Positions 25,253 to 35,441 of a DNA stretch of 64,000 nucleotides are shown in pieces. Under the pieces are notes generated by a model, which saw only the letters and a program-made list of their open reading frames with translations, did not search any database and was not told the DNA's origin. The DNA comes from Nemertoderma westbladi (Eukaryota > Animalia > Xenacoelomorpha), in contig JAUCBJ010001654.1 of the NCBI GenBank assembly GCA_032718475.1, forward strand, positions 32,241 to 96,240. Reading direction: 5' to 3'. Position 1 is the first letter of the stretch. Every line of letters starts with the position of its first letter. Position numbers and translations under genes: made by a program.

Positions 25253-26880
25253 ACAATCTGTTGAAACGTTCGAGACCTTCGTGCAGCACGTGGCGCACTG
25301 TAACATTGTGTAACAAGCTGTTCAAACGTTTAAGAGGGATTCGCGCAGCACGTGGCGTACTCTGCTTGGTCTAGGCAGGGTCTAGCTAAGCATCTAGCGT
25401 ACAACTGTAGTCATGCCCATGCGGAATGCTGCATGCCCGGCATATAGCCTTACGGACGGACCCTTCCCTGTCTGCCTGTACCTTGTTAGTGTTACAGCAG
25501 TCATCCATCCTACATAGCATCTCAGCAAACGAAATTCAATTTTGCAATGTATGAATAAATTTCTGCAAAAGCATGGTAGGAAGGAATAATGAATTAGGCA
25601 CGAAAAACATATATTTATTGAAAAATGATAGAATTTATGATGGAAATATCCTTGCAGGTCTTTAAAATAAATTTTTTCATTTAGAAAAGTCAAATTTTGG
25701 AGTGAATGAAGGCTATTCCGATTTCGGAATCTATCCTCACACAAAGTTGGAATTATTCCAAAATCGCCTATATCACCGACTGTTGCCGGTATCCTACATG
25801 CTGCATGCCTGCATGGAGGTCTCTTAAACGTTCCAACAGATTGTTTCAGCATGAAGGTCTCCTAAAAGTTTCAACTGATTGTTTGTTACAGTACCCCACG
25901 TCAGCTCAGCACGTGCTGCCCAAAGGTCTCTTAAACGTTTGGGACTCTTACACTTTACCGTGCCATTATAGCAATATTTTGATATAATAAAATGATCTAA
26001 AAATATTTGTTCTAGAACAAAAAATATTTGTTCTAGAAGAAAATTTTTATATTAAATGTATAGATAATATGTTCTAGAACATTAAAAAAAAGAAACAAAA
26101 AATAGCTAGTATAAAAAATTTATACAAAGATAACAAACATACAATAAAAAATTAACATATTCGTTAGTGCTTTGTATTTTTTGTTCTAGAACAAAAAATA
26201 TTTGTTCTAGAACAACATTTTTATATGAAATGTATTGATAATGTTCTAGAACATTTAAATAACAAGAAACAAAAACTAGCTAGCTTGCCATTTTGCAATT
26301 TTTTGATATAATAAAATGATACTGTAGTTTTTAATCTATCATATAATAATTAGGGAAACTAGAAGGAAGTGAAGGTAGTGTACCCGGTTTAGTAACAAAC
26401 AATAAAAACAATAGCTACACAAGACGTAACAAAATGTAATTGTACGTAGAGTAAATTACGGTATCACTTGCGTAAATATATATTATATAGGCCTAGGCCT
26501 AATTATATCAATTATATTTTTTTGAATTATATTGAATATATATGTGGCTCGGCAAACTGTAAGAGAGCTCCTCAGTCCTATTACATTTTACCGTGCCATT
26601 ATAGCAATAGGTGGCACGGCAAACTGTAAGAGAGCCAAACCTTTCAACATATTGTTATAGTTACTCCACGCTGCACGAAGGTCTCTTAAACGTTTCAACG
26701 GATTGTTTCAGTATCCAATGTGCCGCATGAAGGTCTATTAAACGTTTCAACAGATTGTTACAGTACCCCACATGCTGCACGAAGGTCTCAAACGAAGGCC
26801 TCAAACGAAGGCCTCACAGTCTCGAACGTTTCAATGGATTGATTCAGTATCCAACATGCTACCCGAAGTCTTCTGAACAG
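25253..26880. repeat. Fold-back-like repeat with ~57-bp subrepeats
   Basis: aacaatctgttgaaacgttcgagaccttcgtgcagcacgtgg units (25253-25370) are inverted relative to gctgcacgaaggtctc...aaacgtttcaacagattgtt units (25800-25940, 26640-26880). Confidence 0.5.
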
Positions 26881-27196
26881 ATTCAATTGACAGCAGACAG
26901 ATTATTCAATTCAGTGTCATGCACGAATCTGTAAATGCATTTCCATTGTCATCTCACTGGTTTCTGGTTTCGTTTTCTTCACTTTTTTTTAGGTGGTTTG
27001 AGTTGGTTTGCAGTGCAGACTTTACTTCACATTCTGATAATATTTATTGACATTCCAGTTTTCGAAATATACTGTAGTTTTACATAGAACAGTAGAATAT
27101 ACAGTCAGACAGTAGTAATAGTAAATGACAGTATAGGCCCCTACACAATGTACAGTACATTGACATATCCCGATCGGGATATATTACCATATTGTT

Positions 27197-27790
27197 ATTA
27201 TTATTATTATCAACACTCAGACCATGGTAAAATAAACATTCATGCGATAAACATAATAAATTATGCATGCACTAAATTATAAGTAGGCCCTAATTATAAA
27301 AGGGGAGAAGACTGCCCAGGCTTTAACTGCACTTATGGGGGCCATACACTAACAATCCAGAATGATGAAACTTATTAATATAAAATAAGGTATGAACATT
27401 AATTAAAGAAAGCAAATACACTATAAATAAAGCAAGGAACATTGATTATATCTATTTACTAAATATTAAAGCGAATAAAAACTAATGAAAAAGTAGTGAA
27501 GCAGAAACCGTACCGATACTAAAAACCAATTAATTACAATGACGAATCTGAATTAAAAATAAGTAAAAAATAATTAATTAAAAAATAGTTAAAAAGGATC
27601 ACGCCAAGTTTCTATCAAATTTGCAAAAATGCAGCAAATCAACATCGAGTAATTTATGTGAAAAGAGAGTAAGCTCTCTGAATCTACTACTATTGCGTCT
27701 AATGCATTCCATATTGGAATCGTATGATTGGCAAACGAAAATTTCGAAATTTGCAGTCTACTGTAGTTAACCAATAGCTTCAAATAATCA
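27197..27790 (-). mobile_element. CR1-type LINE 3' fragment
   Basis: Minus ORF KLLVNYSRLQISKFSFANHTIPIWNALDAIVVDSESLLSF resembles a CR1 ORF2 C-terminus; (AAT)n tail on the minus strand near 27197-27210. Confidence 0.6.
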
Positions 27791-27960
27791 ATTTACAAAA
27801 TTGAAATATTTCAAAATTTGGGGCTGGCACCAAAATTTGGCACCCGCCACTAAAAACAAGATTAAAATTTCTAGCTTATTTTATATGAATTCCTTTTAGT
27901 TATTTTCAGTTAGTCTTTTAGTTAGTAGCGTTAGTTTCAGAGAGGGGGAGGGGGGGGGGG

Positions 27961-28160
27961 GAGTGTTATATTGACTGACATGGGCAGAAACTCCAGTACT
28001 CATTTAGCTACCATTTAAGGATGCAAGGCAGAGATGCCTCGCCAAACCCTTCAAAGCATTCGTGACGAAACGAAAACTACCTTGGCCCCCATGCCGGGGT
28101 TGAACCCACAACCTCCGTGAGATGTGAATTCAATATAACAAATACACCAAGGTGGACTCT
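27961..28160 (-). mobile_element. tRNA-derived SINE, copy inside element B
   Basis: Aligns with 21871-22128; B box retained, A box degenerate. Confidence 0.6.
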
Positions 28161-28459
28161 GAACCAAGGTGGAACAAGTGTCAGATACCGTCAGATCAGA
28201 TCAGATAAGGACAGACGTTTTAGCCATCCTACTTATTTTTCCAACCCTATACTGCTATACCGGAGGCTACCCCTGCCTGCCTGCTATAGGATATAAATTA
28301 TTTTTGTCTTTTTGGGTAAGTTTTTGGGGTAATATTGTGTTTTTGGGTGTTTTTTTGTATTTTTTTGTGTGTATTTTTGGGTAATTTTGTGTTTTTTTGG
28401 GTAATTCGTAGGACCGGATTTTATAGTCTTATTACAGTTAGGTACCGGTACAATGGGCA

Positions 28460-28592
28460 AATCTGGCAACCTCAACAGTTGCCAGATCTGGCAACCTCAA
28501 CAGTTGCCAGATCTGGCAACCTCAACAGTTGCCACATCTGGCAACCTCAACAGTTGCCACATCTGGCAATGTTTATTGCCACATCTGGCAAC
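28460..28592. repeat. 25-bp dyad minisatellite (atctggcaacctcaacagttgccag) x ~5
   Basis: Directly visible tandem units, each forming a ggcaac/gttgcc stem. Confidence 0.85.
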
Positions 28593-29536
28593 TTTTAGTT
28601 TTTCGAATTTTCGCACGCCCAAACAGCCAGAAGAAAAATCGCATTTTGGTACGGTAAATAGGTAAGTGAAAAGAACCCGAAATTAAAATATAATTGACCG
28701 TACAGCAGTACCGTAGGCCCCTATAAGAAAAAAATCTTCGTCTGAATTTCTCTTACAGTCTTAGCTGTTCAGCTGTTAGCAATAGGCCAAACCCGAAATG
28801 TAACTAAAATAATTATTGCCATTTTTGGCAACCATTAGACTGTTAGAATTTCAGAATTAAGTAAAATAATGGTTGCCATTTTTGGCAACCATTATTCTGT
28901 TATTATTGGGCTTGGGCAGCACTGTCAGTTACTCTGTCATTGTAAATTACTTAAAAATTGCTAACTGCTTGCTTGCTTACCCTAGTCGAGTTGTGATGTG
29001 GTGATTTAGAACTGCTCGTGCTGTACGTATCCATTCTACTGTTAGTGAAGAAGTAAAGGATTGCGATAATGATTGATATACAGGCATATCAGCCTCATTT
29101 TCAATTAGACAGCACTGTGACCGGGCCCAGCCAGGATTGAGATAATGTCAGAATGTGCACTCAGCTAATGTTATTTACAGATTTACTAACCTACAGACGT
29201 CTCATTGGTTCCCCCAAGCTTGACACTAGAACAAAGTCGCCTCCGCTTTGCAGGACATTGCTTTCGCCGTGAGCAAATCTAGATCTAGATCTAGCAAATG
29301 ACATGGGTGATAGGATAGGGAGCTGTGGCGGCGCAATTGTGTCGACAAGCCGGCACAGCATTCTCTTAAAAATGCACCTGCAATGCAGCATGCCGATCCT
29401 AATAGTAGTAGTAGCCTACTGGTAATACAGTAATAAATACCAAGTACCTTAATCTACAATCTCATAATACAGTAATAATATATATATATATTATATTGGC
29501 CTAAAGTGTATGATCTTGATCTATGATAGTTTAGAA

Positions 29537-32500
29537 ATGGAAGAACAATCAAATACAAACTCACCCACCGCAGGTCATCAAGACCAGAGAAAATCATGGG
29601 AACGGGTTTGGTCTACAGATGACATTCGCAGCGGTGCAGGAAACTGGTCGCTAGCATCGGATGCAGGTTTGCTGCTGAAGCTACAGAACTGGTCGAGCAC
29701 ATTGGTAAGCGCTACTCACACCACCGAGGGTCATGTAGAAGACCTCAACCACTCCCTCAAGGGTGTAGACTGCCAACTCAGGAACATCTTCAATAACTTC
29801 AACATGTTGGAGAACCAGCAATACGTAGAGAACCGAATCGATCCGTCGCATCTCGCTGCTGAAACGGAGGAACAGCCATCGGCACCGGCAGAACGCACTA
29901 AAGCAGAACGCGAACTGGAACTGGTTTCCGCTGTGAAGGCTGCAGTTGAGTTGGGACTCTCGGTTATGGAGAATGCGTTCCAACGACTCGACGTTAACAT
30001 CGCTGTTGACGACTCTGAGGATGAAGAAGGATTTGCCAGCGATCCCATCCTCGAACCCAAGGATCTATATGCTCACCGTCCACTGCCATTCATCATCGGA
30101 ACCAACGAGTTCATGCAGGATGACTCGTGTGGGTTGGCCGACCAGTCTGATGAAGATGAAGGTTCCGAAGAGATTGTAGAAGGCCTCGTTGAGAAAGTGG
30201 AGGAAACCGATGAAGATTCGTCAAGTAGCGTCGAGTCCAGCGACGTTAGTGACTCCGGGAAGCCGCCTGTTGCTATTAGTAGATCGCTGCAACCGATGAC
30301 GTCATCAAGCGATGACGAGGTGTCACTTCCGGGTGTACCATCGGGTCCAGCTCCCCCTGTAGACTACTCAACAGCCTCATCAGTAGAAGATGATTCTTTA
30401 TTCACGTCCAAATCAGGATTATTCGCCTCCGGGGCGACTCGATTCAGCGACGAAGAGGACGACATCTTCACAGAGAAACCCACCAGTAAACCGCGACTTC
30501 CTCCCGGTGCGGTATCGGTGTTCGCACCGCCGGGAGTTGTTGCTAGGAAACCAAGTGGTCCGGAAACCCCAGAGGTCAAACCAACGGAAGTAAAACAACC
30601 TGAAGCGAAACCAAGGAAAAGCAACGTGTTTGAGGATTCGGATTCAGACGATTTATTCTCCTTCGCGAAGAAATCAGAGGAACCCAAACGGAAGACCAAC
30701 ACGTTTCTGTCGATCGAGTCAGATTCCTCGCCTCCACCTCCCCGTGCCGTAGTCCCGTCCAGCCCAGCAGCAGCAGCCCCGCCCACCCGCCCCGCTACTC
30801 TCAGTCTCTTCGACGACAACGCGGATGACGACACTGACGACGACCTGTTTGGAGACATCGACCCGGTCCGTCATGACCCCGTGGACAAACAGAGGACCGG
30901 CACCGGGGTGTTCCGCAACGAGGGGCTCCTCTTCAGTTCCTCCGGACAGATGGATGATGTCCCGGATTACGATCTGTTCACTCCGACTACACCCACCTCT
31001 ACAGTCGGTTCATCTGGTGGCATACCCATTGCGAAGGCGGATAAACCCATCTCTGAGTCCGAGAAAACCGTCCCGGAAATGGAAACAACGGATAAGAAAA
31101 TGGGGAAGACAGCAGCAGATTCAGAAATTCTCAGCCCCGAAAAACCGCTAGTGACTCCCAAGAAAGAAGTTGCGGTTAAAAAACCGTTTGGTGGTGTTTC
31201 TATGTTCGGTGGAGTCAAACCATTCGGTTCGGATTCCGACAGCGATGATCTGTTCTCTACACCAAAATCGAAACCCGTGCAAAAAGTGAAGGAAAGCAAC
31301 CGGGAGAGTGTTGTCCCACCCCTGAGTCAGGACAGTGTTGTGCCAGAGGACAGCCCCTCCGTGATCAAAAAAACCAATAAACCGATTAAATCATCTTCGG
31401 TTTTCCTTGACGATTCAGATGATGATGATTTGTTCAAGTTACCGAAATTAAACAAGTCCGTTTTCTCAGACGCTAAGAATAAATCCGATTCGTCGGAAAG
31501 TCTGGATGATTTGTTTGCTGTTACACCAAAGGGGTTAAACGAAAAGTCTATGAATAATGAGTCTGTCCCAGTCAAACGCGTGTCTTCCTCAGAAAACCCT
31601 GACAGAGCTGAATCACTTTTTGACAAAAAATCTGAATCACCGATATCTCCTATTGACAAATATAATAAATTGACAACACAGAAAACATTCAAAACTGATT
31701 CAATCTCATCACCTCTTGACAAAACTGCACTTCTTGGCAAAACTAATTCAATCTCATCACCTCTTAACAAGACGGATTCAATCAAATCACCTCTTGACAA
31801 AACGGCACCTCCGGAGAAAACTGCTCCTCTTGGCAAAACTGATTCGATCTCATCACCTCTTGACAAAACTGATTTAATCAAATCACCTCTTGACAAAACT
31901 GATTTAATCACATCACCTCTTGACAAAACTGATTTAATCAAATCACCTCTTGACAAAACGGCACCTCCGGACAAAACTGCTCCTCTTGGCAAAACTGATT
32001 CGATCTCATCACCTCTTGACAAAACTGATTTAATCAAATCACCTCTTGACAAAACTGATTCAATCACATCACCTCTTGACAAAACTGATTCAATCAAATC
32101 ACCTCTTGACAAAACTGATTTAATCAAATCACCTCTTGACAAAACGGCACCTCCGGACAAAACTGCTCCTCTTGGCAAAACTGATTCGATCTCATCACCT
32201 CTTGATAAAACTGATTCAATCAAATCACCTCTTGAAAAAACTGATTCAATCACATCACCTCTTGGCAAAACCGTTTCTGTAAAATCACCCCTTGGCAATA
32301 CTAACTCAACCACATCACCCATTGGCAAACTGAATTTACCAGTAATTCCCCCGTTTAGCAAGTCGGACTCAACGCTAACCCCCGGGGACCAGACCGACTA
32401 TCTCCGTCCAGAGGCCATCGCCGACTCGCCCCGCCAGTCTAGGAAGTCACGACCTCGTCCGAAGTCTGCGTTCTACCCCGTCGGCTCCAACAAACTACCG

Positions 32501-33733
32501 GGCCTTGTCATCAACCCGGTGGCCCTGCTCCCTGGGGCCCGGCCCCCTCCCCGCAACGCCGCCCCACAAGCCGTCATCGACTTCGATTCGGCCGCCGATA
32601 CCTCCAAACAGAACCTCGGATCGCTGACCAAAAACAGGGCGGCCTTACCGCGCAACAGACGGCCTCCCGGCAAGCGGCAGCAGTCGGCGAGTTCAGTGAG
32701 TACCGACGGAAAGAACACCTCCGGGGTTCCTGATGTCACGCCAACCGAGACTAAACCACAGATCGATCCTTTAGTTGCGTCTACTGACAAGCGTGGAGGC
32801 TTGCAGTCAGCCAAACTTACACAACCATCGCCTGTACTCGACAACCAACCAACACCCCATGATGTAATAGATGCACCCATGTTGGTATCACCCACTACAA
32901 AGCCATCTGATGTAGTCCCACCCACTACAAAGCCATCTGGTGTAGCCCCACCCACTACAAAGCCATCTGGTGTAGCCCCACCCACTACAAAGCCATCTGG
33001 TGTAGCCCCACCCACTACAAAGCCATCTGGTGTAGCCCCACCCACTACAAAGCCATCTGGTGTAGCCCCACCCACTACAAAGCCATCTGGTGTAGCCCCA
33101 CCCACTACAAAGCCACCTGGTGTAGCCCCACCCACTACAAAGCCATCTGATGTAGTCCCACCCACTACAAAGCCATCTGGTGTAGCCACATCCAAATCAC
33201 TAGAACCACCTGTACCAATTCCATTTCCTGTAGAACCTCGTGGTTCTGTTTCGCAGATTCTAGAACAAACTGGTTCAGTTTCGGAAACAGGAGAACCACC
33301 AGTACCCAAGGCAACCATTCTAGAACCACCTGTATCCACTCCTGTTGTTCCCAAAGGATCGATACGAGACAGCGATATATTCGGTGATACAACCGATATC
33401 TTTTCTGATCTTCCAAAATTGTCGAAATCGCCACGATCGAAAAAAAGAAATCCGAGAGATAAAGAGCGTAAGGAGCAGTCTGTAGATATCTTCGCCGCTG
33501 AGTCGAAGGATATCTTTGGGGGCGGTGCCGCCGATATATTCGCCAATCCCAAAAGTAAAGATAACGCTGTCGAAGATATATTCGCTACAGATTCACCCTC
33601 AACAAAGCGCAAAGCGAAATCTAAATCGTCAAACAAATCGAATAAGTCAGGTTCTACTGGGAGCAGAGCAGTCGATTCAATATTCGAAACAAATTCCTCG
33701 ATATTTGATGATCCACTCCAAAATAATAAATAA
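29537..33733 (+). CDS. WASHC2: WASH complex subunit 2 (FAM21), uninterrupted ORF
   Basis: The N-terminus WERVWSTDDIRSGAGNWSLASDAGLL...DCQLRNIFNNFNMLENQQYVENRI and ILEPKDLYAHRPLPFIIGT match the FAM21 head domain. There are many acidic LF motifs (DSDSDDLF, LSLFDD, DIFGD), a CPI-like motif LGSLTKNRAALPRNRRPP and a C-terminal SIFDDPL. Alternative in-frame ATG at 29510. Confidence 0.95.
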   Translation: MEEQSNTNSPTAGHQDQRKSWERVWSTDDIRSGAGNWSLASDAGLLLKLQNWSSTLVSATHTTEGHVEDLNHSLKGVDCQLRNIFNNFNMLENQQYVENRIDPSHLAAETEEQPSAPAERTKAERELELVSAVKAAVELGLSVMENAFQRLDVNIAVDDSEDEEGFASDPILEPKDLYAHRPLPFIIGTNEFMQDDSCGLADQSDEDEGSEEIVEGLVEKVEETDEDSSSSVESSDVSDSGKPPVAISRSLQPMTSSSDDEVSLPGVPSGPAPPVDYSTASSVEDDSLFTSKSGLFASGATRFSDEEDDIFTEKPTSKPRLPPGAVSVFAPPGVVARKPSGPETPEVKPTEVKQPEAKPRKSNVFEDSDSDDLFSFAKKSEEPKRKTNTFLSIESDSSPPPPRAVVPSSPAAAAPPTRPATLSLFDDNADDDTDDDLFGDIDPVRHDPVDKQRTGTGVFRNEGLLFSSSGQMDDVPDYDLFTPTTPTSTVGSSGGIPIAKADKPISESEKTVPEMETTDKKMGKTAADSEILSPEKPLVTPKKEVAVKKPFGGVSMFGGVKPFGSDSDSDDLFSTPKSKPVQKVKESNRESVVPPLSQDSVVPEDSPSVIKKTNKPIKSSSVFLDDSDDDDLFKLPKLNKSVFSDAKNKSDSSESLDDLFAVTPKGLNEKSMNNESVPVKRVSSSENPDRAESLFDKKSESPISPIDKYNKLTTQKTFKTDSISSPLDKTALLGKTNSISSPLNKTDSIKSPLDKTAPPEKTAPLGKTDSISSPLDKTDLIKSPLDKTDLITSPLDKTDLIKSPLDKTAPPDKTAPLGKTDSISSPLDKTDLIKSPLDKTDSITSPLDKTDSIKSPLDKTDLIKSPLDKTAPPDKTAPLGKTDSISSPLDKTDSIKSPLEKTDSITSPLGKTVSVKSPLGNTNSTTSPIGKLNLPVIPPFSKSDSTLTPGDQTDYLRPEAIADSPRQSRKSRPRPKSAFYPVGSNKLPGLVINPVALLPGARPPPRNAAPQAVIDFDSAADTSKQNLGSLTKNRAALPRNRRPPGKRQQSASSVSTDGKNTSGVPDVTPTETKPQIDPLVASTDKRGGLQSAKLTQPSPVLDNQPTPHDVIDAPMLVSPTTKPSDVVPPTTKPSGVAPPTTKPSGVAPPTTKPSGVAPPTTKPSGVAPPTTKPSGVAPPTTKPSGVAPPTTKPPGVAPPTTKPSDVVPPTTKPSGVATSKSLEPPVPIPFPVEPRGSVSQILEQTGSVSETGEPPVPKATILEPPVSTPVVPKGSIRDSDIFGDTTDIFSDLPKLSKSPRSKKRNPRDKERKEQSVDIFAAESKDIFGGGAADIFANPKSKDNAVEDIFATDSPSTKRKAKSKSSNKSNKSGSTGSRAVDSIFETNSSIFDDPLQNNK
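31690..32330 (+). repeat. Coding 30-bp minisatellite (KTDSIKSPLD-type 10-aa repeats) in WASHC2
   Basis: In-frame tandem aaaactgatt(c/t)aatca(a/c)atcacctcttgac units with interspersed KTAPP variants. Confidence 0.9.
32890..33187 (+). repeat. Coding 30-bp minisatellite (PTTKPSGVAP x ~10) in WASHC2
   Basis: Near-identical cccactacaaagccatctggtgtagcccca units. Confidence 0.92.
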
Positions 33734-34001
33734 TCTATTTATTCACTTACATAATTAATTATAACTTATTTATTTATTTCAAAATTATATTTTTGCGATA
33801 ATTATTTGCAAAATATCGTGAACTTGTACGAAACATATTGCTAATTTGCGACCTTGTTTAACGGTGCGTTGTAACGACGCCTTACGTACGATGTGGCGCT
33901 GCGCGTCTGGTATGGTTACAGAATATTAGCTAAGCAGAATGTTAGCGAAAACTGCAAACGTTAAATTTGGAACAACTTTTTGCTTTTGTTAACGATAATA
34001 T

Positions 34002-34978
34002 CAAGGATGTATCAGGAATATCGTAGCTCAATATTTTTCCGTAATGTAAACCGTAACGTAATAGCATTTTCAATACCGTAACGTAATTTTACTTCGCAGC
34101 TTTCGGACACAAAACTTTCACTTTCACTTGCACGTTCTAGCTAATTCAATATAAAGCTAAATGCTTTTATAGGTTTTGTTTGTCTTCTCTATGGTCTTCT
34201 TATGGCCAGCCTCCCGGCTTCTCCAGTTATTTATGATGAAGTCCCCCTATCAATATTGCCAAAAGCTAAAAGCCAAAAACACAAAAACAACATAAACATA
34301 ATTCAAACTATATGATACATGACCTAAATAATAGTTTGAGGACTCGACAAATTAATCTGTTTAGAGTTCCAGCAACACTATTGTACAGAGTCCTAGAACA
34401 CAATAAATCTCGTTCTGAGTTTCTCACAAAGTTTCGGAGTTAATTTCAAGATTAATAAATTCTTAGTTTATTATAAGGAAAATAATAATAACGTTTTATA
34501 CCGGAGTTAAGGGAGTAAAGTTTAGTTTCCTAGCGACTAGAAGCAGTATTAGCAGGAGAGTAGCAGCCCGGGATTTTATATCACAGAAATTCCAGAATAT
34601 AATATATTTTTTTAATATTTTTTAGTATTGGGTGAATATTCTAGAACAGTAGTAGAATGTTTTTGTATGATAAGCTACCCGTTCCCGTTCTACCAAAGCT
34701 TACTGGAATACCGTCAGTGCCGGTGTTCTACACAGGAATACAGAATAGTGATCAATAAAGCGGAAATTTGAAGTTAATTTTATGTTAAGTTAATTTGCAA
34801 TTTCAAAACATTGAAACTTCTGTATAATTTTCCGATATTTAGACAAAATTAGGATGAAACTTTAAATATCTCTTTGTGTTCCTATGGAATCTGAACCGGT
34901 TATTACGTTACGGTATTTTCGGTAATACGAATTATTTTTTCGGAATACCGTAACGTAACGTAACGTAAAACATCCTTG
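34002..34978. mobile_element. hAT-family MITE downstream of WASHC2
   Basis: TIR caaggatgt / acatccttg, perfect 8-bp TSD gataatat (33994-34001, 34979-34986), subterminal ccgtaacgtaa repeats. Confidence 0.85.
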
Positions 34979-35441
34979 GATAATATTATTCAATTGAATT
35001 ACAATTTTACAAATGTGTTTTACCTACCTACTTTATATCGGAATAAAGCTACGTACCATATTATCTATATTATTATAGATACTTTTCAACGAACATGTTC
35101 TAATATTTATTATTTATTTTTCAAGCAGTTTAACTATTATTGCATTGGCCAAGTAATTATCTACTATTTACAGCATATCGTGTTATACTAATGTGACACC
35201 CATCCATATCTTAGTAGTAAAGGCTAAGAGTAGCCGCGGTGCGACTGGTGCAATAATATTGGTAATGGATGGAGATAACATATTTTCAAACGCACTAAAG
35301 GCAAAACTTTGAAAGAAAGCCATAGTTTCTGACTCACAAGTTAATTAGGAGGATGACAATAAAAATTAATGATATATTCAATTCGCTCAATAATTCCTTA
35401 GTTTGATAATTAAGATGCTATTTGGGATATTATGTAATAAT

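Larger units (their letters stand above)
22215..28231. mobile_element. Non-autonomous TIR element copy B (MULE-like) with nested insertions
   Basis: Same termini as copy A; flanked by cttattttt at 22206-22214 and 28232-28240. 22215-23930 and 27830-28231 align with copy A; the interior contains hAT and piggyBac MITEs and a CR1 fragment. Confidence 0.72.

Noticed and set aside
29681-33636. Long antisense ORFs (up to 387 aa) over WASHC2
   Set aside because: Shadow ORFs of a Ser/Pro/Asp/Lys-rich, repeat-containing sense CDS.
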